DNA of 63,765 nt, filler included, from Octopus bimaculoides (GCF_001194135.2; 5 parts of 5 records of this genome joined end to end with filler, not necessarily neighbours in it); one strand, 5' to 3'; positions 39,511 through 51,825 are shown, numbered from the whole stretch's first letter. Numbers and translations: made by a program. The notes: a model not told the origin generated them from the sequence alone.

Positions 39511-40206
39511 CTATGTTGCTTCTGTTCCTGTGGCTACAATTACTGCTACTTTATTTATCATCATATTTACAGCAATTTTAACGAGATTCAATTGCATCAA
39601 AAGGTGCAGCTCTAGTGGAGTGTATGTTGTTTTATTTTTAAGCAAACATGTATCGTATAAGACAAGTTTTGCTTTCCAGTGCTATTTAATTGGTTTTTCT
39701 CTGGTGTTAAAGTAGTTTTTGTATGTTTTTATCTACCACCCCGGGTAAGGCGATGAGGTGGAAAAATCGTTAATGCACAGGACACTAAATCTTAGCAATA
39801 TTTTATTCAAATCTTTACGTTCTGTATTCAAATACCATCGAAGTCAATTTTGCCTTTCGTCGTTTTGTAATCAAGTACCAGCCATGTGCTGGCGTCGATA
39901 TAATCGGTTTACTCTGCTTCTAAATTTGCTGGCTTTCTGCTAAAATTTGAAACCACTATGTACCCTCAGGTACTTTATTGTCTCTAGGTGTGAAAACTAC
40001 ATTCTATGATGTTCCATTTTCTCAGATTGTGTGCTGTTATTGGTTGCTATATCTGGTAGATATAGAGACTAATGACGCTTTTTCTATGTCTCGAGTTTAC
40101 ATTGATGAGAATAGTATGTGCAATATGAATAATGTTCTGTTGTGTTATATTTTTTTCCGTATATGCTGCGTGATTGCTTTTATGTGTGTTAGAGTTACCA
40201 GTTTTT

Positions 40207-40784
40207 GGATCTTTTTTAAAACGGGGGCCACATTTTTCATTAACGAAACACTTTGAAACTTGGAACACTGGTAGAATGTGTCATATAAAACATCTTTTTC
40301 TCTTAGTCTTCTTTAAAAAAAAAGAAATCCATAAATTATTCCATGTTAAAGTTGTCGTATTTCTGTAATTTCAACCAATCACTGACGTCCATTCAGCCGA
40401 TATACATTAAGTGCCGACTACATAAACAAACGATTCTGAAACAATTTATCCTAACCCTAACCCTAACTCTAACCCTAACCCTAAGGTTAGGGTTAGGGTT
40501 AGGGTTAGGGTTAAAGCAAATTTAAAATGAGAAAAGCAAATAAAACGAAGAATCGTTTGTTTATGTAGTCGGCACTTAATGTATATCGACTGAATGGACG
40601 TCAGTGATTGGTTGAAATTATCGAAATAAGACAATTTTTTACATGAAATATATTCGAATACAAAAATATTTTTCTGTTCTATAACACAAAATAGATAAGT
40701 ATACGAAGTTTGAAAGTCTTTCGGTACCAAAAACACTACGTAAAACATTAATGAAAAATGTGGACCCCGTTTTAAAAAAGATCC
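40207..40784. mobile_element. Foldback MITE with 8-bp TSD (CAGTTTTT), GG termini and central telomeric repeats
   Basis: TIR ggatcttttttaaaacgggg.ccacatttttcattaa; inner arms of about 75 bp are near-perfect; direct flanks 40199-40206 and 40785-40792. Confidence 0.85.
40450..40513. repeat. Inverted interstitial telomeric array (CCCTAA)n-(TTAGGG)n
   Basis: cctaaccctaaccctaactctaaccctaaccctaa-ggttagggttagggttagggttagggtta. Confidence 0.95.
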
Positions 40785-41467
40785 CAGTTTTTTTTTAATT
40801 CGTACTGCGTTATATAAATAGGTGGAAGTTGTGCATATTGAGCTGTTTGCGTCAGCATATCGAATATAAATTGTTTTATACTTCATGAGATATTTGATTA
40901 AATGACGATAACTGTGAGGAGATGTCTGGTGTTTTACTTAGTGGTAGATCATGTTATTTGCACAAAATGTACTCCGTGCCATTTGCTATTCTGCGCGCTA
41001 TGCTTGACATAGCTCAGTCCTTTTTACTTTGTATAATGTGCCCCTGGCTCGATTTGCTCTTGGTCATTTCTTTCATCACAGTGACCCAGTTACTGCTGGC
41101 AGTTCTTTTCAATTCATCATAATTAGAATTCAGACATTTTGTTCCTATCTTTGATGATTGTATCACGATGTTTTAGTGAGATCTCCCCATCAGTCTAATC
41201 CCGTATAGGCTAGAGGATTTTGTCCATGTAATTTTCCGGTACTTTCTTTCGCATATATTTATAACATGTCATATCCTTTTTCATTTACAGTGTAAAATGC
41301 ATTTTGCGACTGTCAAGATAGCGTATGAGGTTCCGGATTTGGAAAGTATTCCGTAGCCTGAAATGATATGATCAGTTTTGTCATTGTACTCTCTGCATAA
41401 TTTACACTATATTAGCATCATTTCTCGTTACTTTAATTATGTGATTATTTGTGTCGTGCATACTTTT

Positions 41468-41733
41468 TTTATCTCTTTCTTGTTTCCGTCATTAGAATGT
41501 GGAATGCTGGCGCACCGACATGAAGAATTTTGTTTTGGTCGAATGAATCGACACCTGTACAATTTTCTTAAGCTTCATCCTTACTCCATCGATCTCTTTT
41601 CATAAGCTGCTAAGCTACGGGGACATAAATACACCAACACCGGTTGCCAAGCGGTAGTTGGGGGACAACCATAAACACAAAGACACGCACACAAACACAC
41701 ACACTCACACACACACACCTACACACATACACC

Positions 41734-41764
<31 letters not shown>

Positions 41765-41920
41765 TTACGAAGAGATTCTTTCAGGTTCGCTCTACCAAAT
41801 CTACTTACAAGGCTTTTGTCGGTCCGAGGCTATAGTAGAAGACACTATTTGCCCAAGGTGCTACACAGTGAAAATGAACTCGGAACCATGTTACTGAGAA
41901 GCAAGCTTCATGCCATACAA
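41468..41920 (-). mobile_element. SINE family B, near full length
   Basis: Reverse complement: gaagcttgcttctcag..catggttccgagttca..caccttgggcaaa..tcttctactatagcctcggaccgacaaaagccttg, then an internal (TG)n and the B tail. Confidence 0.85.
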
Positions 41921-42694
41921 ACATGTCTGGTGCATATGTGGCCATTGACTTAGCAAATAACATAAACATTTACTTATGTTTTTAACACAGAGCTCTTAAG
42001 AAACGTTTGCTTTCAACCTGGTTTACATTTTCTCTGCAGTGTTTTGCAGAGTTTGGCATAGACCGAATCTCTCTCTGATTTTTTAATTCTATATTTTAGG
42101 ATTTTGTTTCCGTTTAGTTCTAAAAGTATGCCATCAGTATATATATAGATTTCATTGATTCGTTACATAAAGAAATTGTTCTTTTTCTCTTTGCTTTTAT
42201 GACATGAATCGGCTTCACTTTGCTTCCCGAAATTTTTCTCGTTCCATTTTTTCCCTTTACTTTGTTAAAATTTTCTTATTATTATCAAACCCCATCCTTC
42301 ATCTGTATGGAATAGCTTTATACTGAGCGTATGAATTTGTTTATAGTGTGTTCGGAAAACTGTTAGTAATTTCTTTTTTCTGTTCTTCAAATAACAAGCT
42401 CTTCAAATAACATACAATATCTTGAAATTAAAATAGTGAATCGAAGAATAATTTGCTGTTAGGCATTGGTCTTCTAGCGCAAAAATCATTCATTATGTTA
42501 CAACTGTGTTTACACCTGCAGCAGCAAAATATTTCTACCATTATATATTTTTCTGACATAATATTTCGTGTTAAACATTTGTTAAATTTCTTTCATTCTT
42601 GTAATTTATGTATCTGGTAGTTTCCGTTGCGATGGTTTCATTTGCTTTTGGCAGTCAACTTTGTAAATGTGCTTCTTATTTTCAATGATTACCA

Positions 42695-42900
42695 CGGCGG
42701 CAAGCTAGCAGGATCGTCAGCACACGGTGTAAAATGTTTCATCCGTTTTTACATTCTGAGTTCAAATTCCGCGGAGGTCGACTTTGCTTTTAATCATTTT
42801 AGAGTCGATAAAATACGTACCACTTGAGACCTGGGGTCAATTTAATCGACTTAGCCTCCTCCCTCAAACCTGCCCACCTTTTGTCAAAATTTGAAAGCGT
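42695..42900 (+). mobile_element. SINE family A followed by (TTA)n(TAG)n
   Basis: ggcggcaagctagcaggatcgtcagcac..ttctgagttcaaattccgcggaggtcgactttgc..gtcgataaaatacgtacc..ctggggtcaatttaatcgac. Confidence 0.85.
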
Positions 42901-42921
42901 TTCTATTATTATTATTATTAT

Positions 42922-42953
<32 letters not shown>

Positions 42954-42958
42954 TAGTT

Positions 42959-43008
<50 letters not shown>

Positions 43009-43739
43009 CATTGCACAGTATAGACATAAGGGTTTTATTTTTAATCATTTATCTTAAAGGAAATTTATCTCAACTGATTTCATATTCCAAAAAAAGAAGA
43101 AGACTTATTCGCCACTGTCTTAACAAAGATCTATTAGAACTGTGATTACATTATGAAACTTTCTATTTTTATGCGCTAGGACGCCAGTAACATTTGATGA
43201 AGGACATCAAAAATGTCCCTTATAGAATGTTTCTTGATCAAACGTCTGCTGAATGAAGTCAATGATTTCAGCAAATACAGAACAAAAGATGTTGGCTTGA
43301 TGAGAATATAATTACTGGAGCCTAACAGCATTTTACGTAGCCGGATAGCTGTATCCGGGAAAATCTGCATCTTATTAGCTGAGTTTACATCGGAATTTGG
43401 TGATGCGCTGATCACCAGTGCTTATATTAAATTATTCAATGGCCCTGATAATTAGTATACATTACATTTATGTTATATACAGTTGGATTTGACCTGTCGT
43501 TCAGGGGTTGGACCGATGCCCAGTTAAGTGGCAAATATTCTGCCGAAATGATGAATATTAACGATTTGGAAGCGTTTCTTATTACGCAATCATTCCACCA
43601 AAAATATTCCCTCTCACATTTTGCGTAAGTCCTAGTTTTAGTGCGACACATGCACAACAGGCATTACGCTACAGCTTGAGCAGCCGAAAACCCTTCTGGA
43701 ATATATGGTGCACCTTTTCCACCACAACTAGGTCCGGTC

Positions 43740-44030
43740 TTTATTTACATTATTTCCATTTCACGGATATTTGTCCTTATCTTGTTTGTTGTTTACACAA
43801 CGTTTCGGCTGATATACCCTCCAGCCTTCATCAGATGTCTTGGGGAAATTTCGAACCTGAGTTCTCATTCCGAAGGTATTTTTCGATGTTATCATCATCA
43901 ACATCATCATCATCATCATCATCATCGTCATCATCATCATCGTCATCATTATTCAGTTCACTGCCTGGAATAGAACTCAGAATCTTGGGGTTAGTTGCCC
44001 GCGCTCTTAAGCACTACACCATATGCCCAC
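43740..44030 (-). mobile_element. tRNA-headed SINE-like element (family C) with hammerhead motif near 3' end
   Basis: Minus strand: A-box-like TGGTGTAGTGC (44011-44021), B-box-like GAGTTCTATTCC (43967-43978), (GAT)n spacer, then body with hammerhead. Confidence 0.7.
43795..43838 (-). ncRNA. Minimal type I hammerhead ribozyme motif
   Basis: ACAT-CTGATGA-A-GGCTG-gagggtatat-CAGCC-GAAAC-GTT-GTGT; perfect 5-bp helix II, 4-bp helix I (one G.U), loopless palindromic AACGTT at helix III. Confidence 0.7.
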
Positions 44031-44063
44031 GCTCATATGGTGTAATGTTTAGTAATAATAATG

Positions 44064-44111
<48 letters not shown>

Positions 44112-44381
44112 TAAAATAGCTCCTACTCTGCGAAACTTTTTATCTGTAAGTATGAGATCATGGAGAACCACACTGACGTTAAACAATGACAATGAATCTC
44201 TAAATGCTGGAGATGTAAGAATTTCATGTGGCATTTTCCAGGGTGACTCACTATNNNNNNNNNNNNNNNNNNNNNNNNNNNNNNNNNNNNNNNNNNNNTT
44301 AATTAATTAANNNNNNNNNNNNNNNNNNNNNNNNNNNNNNNNNNNNNNNNNNNNATATATATACATATATATATATATATC

Positions 44382-44412
<31 letters not shown>

Positions 44413-44930
44413 GGACGTAGAAGCAGAAAGATATATACATATATATAGTGAAAAAGAGAGAAAGAGAAAGACATATGGGTACATACATACCTACATACAT
44501 ACATACGCACACACACACACACACACACACATACATATATATACTTGTATATCGTTAGAGAGATAGATATGTATGTGAATATAAAAACGAAATAGCTTAC
44601 TGTGTGCCAATTACACCTCGATAGATACAACTTAGTTAAACAAAAGAGTGACATCAATGAATATCTCTGTTTATCATAACAATGTACTATCATTAATCAT
44701 AGAGATTAATGATGAATGATTTGAGATGCGGATATAAACATGTGTACATAATCACGCACACACACGCTCGCTCACATGCAAACACACACACACACAGAGC
44801 CAAAGACACACATACACACACATGCTTACATATGTGCTGTAAGTAAAAGTATTTAGCCATTTATTTGGTTGTAACTGCAAATAAACAACTACATTTTGTA
44901 TTATATAAATACACACATATACATATACTT

Positions 44931-44967
<37 letters not shown>

Positions 44968-45569
44968 NNNNNNNNNNNNNNNNNNNNNNNNNNNNNNNNN
45001 NNNNNNNNNNNNNNNNNNNNNNNNNNNNNNNNNNNNNNNNNNNNNNNNNNNNNNNNNNNNNNNNNNNNNNNNNNNNNNNNNNNNNNNNNNNNNNNNNNNN
45101 NNNNNNNNNNNNNNNNNNNNNNNNNNNNNNNNNNNNNNNNNNNNNNNNNNNNNNNNNNNNNNNNNNNNNNNNNNNNNNNNNNNNNNNNNNNNNNNNNNNN
45201 NNNNNNNNNNNNNNNNNNNNNNNNNNNNNNNNNNNNNNNNNNNNNNNNNNNNNNNNNNNNNNNNNNNNNNNNNNNNNNNNNNNNNNNNNNNNNNNNNNNN
45301 NNNNNNNNNNNNNNNNNNNNNNNNNNNNNNNNNNNNNNNNNNNNNNNNNNNNNNNNNNNNNNNNNNNNNNNNNNNNNNNNNNNNNNNNNNNNNNNNNNNN
45401 NNNNNNNNNNNNNNNNNNNNNNNNNNNNNNNNNNNNNNNNNNNNNNNNNNNNNNNNNNNNNNNNNNNNNNNNNNNNNNNNNNNNNNNNNNNNNNNNNNNN
45501 NNNNNNNNNNNNNNNNNNNNNNNNNNNNNNNNNNNNNNNNNNNNNNNNNNNNNNNNNNNNNNNNNNNNN

Positions 45570-45615
<46 letters not shown>

Positions 45616-45655
45616 GCATACATATATATATATGCACGTATATTTATACATATGC

Positions 45656-45686
<31 letters not shown>

Positions 45687-46440
45687 CATATATGCATATA
45701 TATACATATACATATGTATGTATATGTGTGTCTGTGTGTATATGTGTGTGTGCTTGTATAGAAATAATTGAAATTCAGTTGAATTAGGTATTTAAGTTGA
45801 AGTACTAAGTTAGTCCGGTATTATCCGTACAGATCGAAATAAGGCGAATAAAAACAAAATAGGCAACAGGTTATCAAGTAGTAGGCAGTACGACCGTTTC
45901 AAGCGGCTCCATTTCATTGAACAATGCAATCTTTACATCAATTTAAATGCTGTGCCAACTTCAAATGCAGAAATAAACATATAGAAGTTTAACAGGTAGG
46001 ACTTGTTAATATAATTTTTCATAAATATTTTATGTTGTCGCTATTGAAGCTAAGAATAGACTACAGCTTTTAAGAATCGCATGGCGCATAATGGGGTCAT
46101 AGTGTTGTAAAGGTTGTAATTAATTTCTTATTTATTTCTCTTTTTATCAACTACTAAATCTAAGGCTAGAAGATTGTGTCTATTTTGAATAAAAGACTGG
46201 AGTTGATAGCTCATGGCTAGGTATGGTCATAAATATTATTATATGTATCTCTTTTTCCCAGGGAGGAAATAAGACATTAGGAGTAGTCAGTTGGATATAA
46301 GTAAGTGTCTATAAAAAGAGGGAGGGTAGTGGTAGACTTTAAATCATAATGTTAATTACCAGTTAAAGGGGCAAGACGCCAAGAAACTTAAGATGTCAAT
46401 TCGGGAAAAATTTCCTTTGGGGGCTCTATGGGGCTCTATG

Positions 46441-46480
46441 GGGGCTGTGTGGTAAGTAGATTGCTTACCAACCACATAGT
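46441..46480 (+). mobile_element. SINE family B head fragment
   Basis: ggggctgtgtggtaagtagattgcttaccaaccacat, preceded by tandem ggggctctatg. Confidence 0.7.
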
Positions 46481-46484
46481 AAAT

Positions 46485-46900
46485 CTTGACAGAAAGATTT
46501 ATATCGTTTGGGACAGTAATATCAATGAGGTGGCATGATTTTTGTCTGAAGTCCTTCACTATAATGTCTGGCCTATTCGCATCGATCTATCTGTCAGTTT
46601 GAACGGTGAAGTTCCAGAGGAGTGAGATGTAATCGTTTTCAAGCACAGGAAGTGGTTTGTGTTCCCATCAGTTTTTATCAAGAGGCAGGTCCAGGTTTTT
46701 GAAAAATATTGTGCTGCTCTATCGTGCCTGTTGAGATACTTTGTAGGCGCCGGAAGACAGCACATGGAGAGAGCATGATCAACAGTTTCATTTTGTTGTT
46801 TACATACATGACATATTGGATTCCTGCGGTACTTTAATATGTTTGCCGGGTAGCTCCTTGTAGGTAGGTATTGATCTTGGTCTGCTATGATAAACCCTTC
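46485..46900 (-). pseudogene. R4/Dong-clade LINE fragment (Zn-finger + restriction-like endonuclease)
   Basis: EGFIIADQDQYLPTRSY..CHVCKQQNETVDHALSMC..KYLNRHD; LLWNFTVQTDR*IDANRPDIIVKDFRQKSCHLIDITVP. Confidence 0.9.
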
Positions 46901-46947
46901 TTCTTCTTCTTCTTCTTCTTCTTCTTCTTCTTCTTCTTCTTCTTCTT

Positions 46948-47040
<93 letters not shown>

Positions 47041-47041
47041 T
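46898..47041. repeat. (TTC)n(TTA)n compound microsatellite
   Basis: Directly visible. Confidence 0.97.
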
Positions 47042-47810
47042 GGCTAGTCTGTTCTGGAGGACCTTCAGGGCAGGAACTATTATGGATAATTTCCAGATGT
47101 CCTTGGCCTGAAAATGCTACCGGTAGGAGATAAACTCTACAGGCACAGATGTGCTGTCAGACGGCCTTGCCCGAAATGCGCGTAAAATGACGAAACCTTT
47201 CTGCATGCTCTCGTTCAGTGTCCGGGCATTGCTGACTTGTGGGGTTATGTTGAACAGTTGCTGTCACGTGTGGTGACGGATCCGTCTGTCGGCTGAGTCT
47301 GTGGTGATGATCGTGCCACCGCACCCACTTCAATGGTGCAGGCAAGAAAGTTTTCCATTGCCTGGTGGCTTTGGCGAAAGAGGCACTTTGGTTTTGAAGG
47401 CTGAAAGGCATGAAGACAGATACGTTCCTCTTTGGTAGAGCTCTCATTGAATTCTTCAAGTTTCACTTGAAAAGGAAATTGTGAGTGGAGAGGGAAGTGT
47501 TGTTCTCGAGTGAGTTTATTGAAAAGTGGGTGAAAGTTGCGAAAATGGCAAGAGTGGATGGTACCTCTCTAAGTGTAGACCTGTGAGTCGGAGCGAAAGA
47601 ATTGGAGAAAGCGCTTGCTCTGGGAAATCTCAGACAGTGGAGTTCCTCGATTATCCCTGGAGGCGTTCCTCTATCAGGAGGGCCACATCTCTATCATCCT
47701 ACCTCCACACTTTTTTGTTGTTTACTTTGTATGCTATACTTATGTCCCTCCTTTTTCAGTGTACATTGCCCCCCTCATCCTTCGCCCTTGTGGTGAATAA
47801 ATAAAATCAT
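47042..47810 (+). mobile_element. 5'-truncated Tx1/L1-clade LINE (ORF2 C-terminus + 3' UTR)
   Basis: MLPVGDKLYRH..CPKC..DETFLHALVQCP..LWGYVE (L1-type C-terminal CCHC); frame ends at stop 47584-47586; AATAAA then (ATT)n tail. Confidence 0.85.
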
Positions 47811-47880
47811 TATTATTATCATTATTATCATTATTGTTGTTGTTGTTATTATTATTATTATTGTTGTTGTTGTTGTTGTT

Positions 47881-48065
47881 AAGGTGGTGAGTTGGCAGAA
47901 TCGTTAACACTCCGGACAAAACGCTGTGTACCGTTTCATCCGTCTTTGCGTTCTAAATCCATATACTGCCGAGGCCAGCTTTGCCTTTCGTCCTTTCGGG
48001 GTCGATGAAATAAGCACCAGTCAAAGACTACGGTCGATGTAATCGACCAGCACCCTCCCCCCTCG
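47881..48065 (+). mobile_element. SINE family A
   Basis: aaggtggtgagttggcagaatcgttaacactccgg..ctttgcctttcgtcctttcggggtcgatgaaataagcaccagt. Confidence 0.85.
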
Positions 48066-48172
48066 TGTCCATAAGGGAAGGATCATTCTCTATGTTTCCC
48101 GTCTACCCTTAATTTTTCCATTTCTTTTACCAGCCTCAAATTGGAAATATTTACATACACACATCCATACAG

Positions 48173-48211
<39 letters not shown>

Positions 48212-49461
48212 ATGTACGTATACGTATGTATGCATTTGTGTGAGTATGTATATCTCTACAAACCTCAACATACATATCGGTGAGTTTGAGCTTGTAGCTG
48301 TGTGCTCATAAAATATTAATGAATTATGTTTGTGTATCCTGTTTATCAGCCTTTTCCGCCAAACCTCAATAGCATGTAGCTTGACCCCAAAATAAAATCG
48401 AGATATCACTTTGGTCCTTATTTCTTTCATTTTTGGTCTGGACAAAAGTGCAGGGTCCATAACACTTACAGATATTTCGATTCTATAGGAAGCTATTTGT
48501 CATCAGCGATCACATTTATCGACCTGCGCTGATCTTTCCTCATTGATTCTCATTCGCTATTGAAGTATGTGTGATCTAAAGGTCCTACACAGCGAGTTTT
48601 GTTTCTATACAACAGATAAACCCCAGCGAAGTTGTTGAAAGCTCTAAGACTGGAATGAATGAGAGAAATGCTGGCATGACTCACATTTGTCAGGAATATT
48701 TTGGAGACATTAATACCAAATTTTCTCTTGAAATGCATGAAACATTGCTAGCCAGGAGACATTGGTTCATGGCAAAATTTATAATTACTCAATCTGCAGG
48801 TCGAACCACAAACTGGTTCTGCATTTTGGACCAACATAATGGGGTTTAAAGTGATATGGGGAGTTAAAATCTGGTACTAAATTTGAAATTAATATCACTA
48901 TCATGGGGATTCAAGAGACATAACTCTTAAATATCTTTCTTGGAACACATAAAGCATTGTATGGAGTATATATGTCAACAGATTTCAACAACTCTTCAAT
49001 GTTGATTTGTGTAAAATCTTGTTGCATATGCATCTGTGTGTGATATATTTGGGGGCATCGCTATAGCGTATATCCTCGTTTATCAAATACCAAACGCAGA
49101 TCGCATGAATGCTTGCAGTGATGCTACACGAGTATCTATAAATCAGTAAATTATGTATACATGCACATACACACACATATATATATATATAAATATATAT
49201 TCATACTGCCATATATGAGAAATCCCTAGCATAAATAGTAAACCCTAATCTTTCAAATGGAGTTTGGACAATGTTATGTATGCCAAGGTACAGCGATGGG
49301 CATAAACAATCCTAAAGACAATTCTGCTTCCTCTACAGAACCAACAATGAACCACAGTCCACGTTCCAATCTTCTCTATTTTAAATTATGAAAGATGCAA
49401 AACGTATTGTATTTCCATATTCAAAATCCGTTGTCTCAATTGTCCATCATTATAAACATAC

Positions 49462-49543
<82 letters not shown>

Positions 49544-50001
49544 CTCTATCTATCTGCCTGTCTCTCTGTCTACCTAGCTAGCTGTTTGTCAGTATGTCTA
49601 TACATCTACATACACACACACACATGCAAACATATATACAAAAGTAAACATATATTATGTTTAATTCATTTCAATTACATTTTTTAATCAGAGGTGCTGG
49701 CCATGCTGTGGCACAGCAAGAAGATCGATATTACTAGTATGTTTTATTTCCAAGCCTTCTCCCCGAGTTCGATTTCGTTGCAAAAGCGATTCACACAACA
49801 GTCTAAATGCACGCTTCTTCATACTGCATAGCTTCATCGGGGAACATCAGACAGAAATTTGTCTCTGAATTGAATACATCCAATTGTCCGTTTCGTAGAT
49901 CACTGAGGTTCTTTGGCGAGGTATTGGAAGCCGTAGAAACTTAAATTCTAAGCCTTTCACCACACATTGCCCCCGTCTTCTTTTCTATTGGATTTCCCTC
50001 T

Positions 50002-50037
50002 GTTTCTGAAGAAGAGCATCTGCTCGAAACGTCAAAC
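50002..50037 (+). ncRNA. Minimal type I hammerhead ribozyme motif
   Basis: GTTT-CTGAAGA-A-GAGC-atct-GCTC-GAAAC-GTC-AAAC; helix I GTTT/AAAC, helix II GAGC/GCTC, GUC cleavage triplet, loopless ACGT palindrome. Confidence 0.72.
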
Positions 50038-50137
50038 CGTCTTTCTTTCCTTCCCCTCGCGTCTGCTAATACTTTACATATATCACGTCCTTGCGTTGTT
50101 GCGTTTTTTTGTGTTTGCTCTTCGTTTTTGGGATTTA

Positions 50138-50203
<66 letters not shown>

Positions 50204-50213
50204 NNNNNNNNNN

Positions 50214-50244
<31 letters not shown>

Positions 50245-50803
50245 AATCACACAACCACACATCTATATATTTGTAAAATGCTAAGCGAAAAGTATGTGAT
50301 TAAGCATTGACTAAGCATTTATGTGTGTGTGTGTGTGCGTGTGTGTGTATGCGTGAGCGTGTGTGTGTCCGTATGTGTGTGTGTGCGTGTGTCTGTCTGT
50401 GTCCATGTACACGTGTGTCCTTGATTTTTTTTCTGTATTTTTATGTTGACGCAAACGTAGATAGAAACGTATAAATGGTGAAAGGGAAAGAGAAGGAGGA
50501 AGAAAGAGAAGGAAATGAGAAGAGAGTGAGAGGGGAACGAGAGAGGAATCGGGAGAGTGAGTGGAGAGACAAATGAGGATGCAGAAGCTGAAAGGAAAAG
50601 AAAGAGAGGGAGAGAGAGAGAGAGACGCAGAACGAGAGAGAGAGAGAGTAGGGTTGTATAGCAAAGAGACCGTGTATATAGGAAATAAAAAAAAAGGATG
50701 TTATCAAACAACAAACAAACAAAAAACACAAAACAAAAAGAAAAATGCTTGATTTGATTAATGTATATTTGAAAGATATCTGTATGTATAATATAGCTTG
50801 TAA

Positions 50804-50845
<42 letters not shown>

Positions 50846-51343
50846 TGTACGTACGCATACAGTATTTCTGTATATGTTTATAAGACATTGCTAAATTTCT
50901 ATATATCAATAGGATTGCTCTGTGTGTGCTTAAGATAGTTGGATGTACAAGGAGGTTTAGTGCGTGTATATATATATATATAGGGGACGGGTATATAAAG
51001 GCATCAATCTTTGCTGAATAAATAATACTGAAACAAAGAAATTAATTTATTCATACATATACATAGAAACATACGTAAGTACATACATATATACATACAT
51101 ACACATATGTACATATATATATATATATANNNNNNNNNNNNNNNNNNNNNNNNNNNNNNNNNNNNNNNNNNNNNNNNNNNNNNNNNNNNNNNNNNNNNNN
51201 NNNNNNNNNNNNNNNNNNNNNNNNNNNNNNNNNNNNNNNNNNNNNNNNNNNNNNNNNNNNNNNNNNNNNNNNNNNNNNNNNNNNNNNNNNNNNNNNNNNN
51301 NNNNNNNNNNNNNNNNNNNNNNNNNNNNNNNNNNNNNNNNNNN

Positions 51344-51378
<35 letters not shown>

Positions 51379-51431
51379 GCTCTCACATATAATGGTGTCT
51401 TGTATCGATGGATGTGTGGATGTGTGAGAGC

Positions 51432-51471
<40 letters not shown>

Positions 51472-51825
51472 GCTCTCACACATCCTTCCACAGAGGACGC
51501 CGGTATGTTATCTACAGAGATGAGCATGTTGAGCAAGATGTGACAGGTCAATATCACTGCTTATCTGTTTCCCTCATCGTGCCTTTTACAAATTACGTAC
51601 CTCTTAATATGTCCTTCGAGGTACAGAAATATTCCTTGCATATCGAATTGTCGTTATCAGCCATGAAACATTCCGTATATCACATTAGTAAATCAGTCAC
51701 ATATATATGCGAGATATTATAAGCATAACATGTGGGACGTGCAATAATCCTGAGTATAACCAAGCTGATAATATAAGCAGATTATCGCTGAAAAATGCTT
51801 GAATTAGTTGTTTGTTAAAGTGATC

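Noticed and set aside
40450-40513. Ancient chromosome end-to-end fusion site
   Set aside because: A fusion would read (TTAGGG)n then (CCCTAA)n. Here the order is reversed, and the array sits inside a TSD-flanked element.
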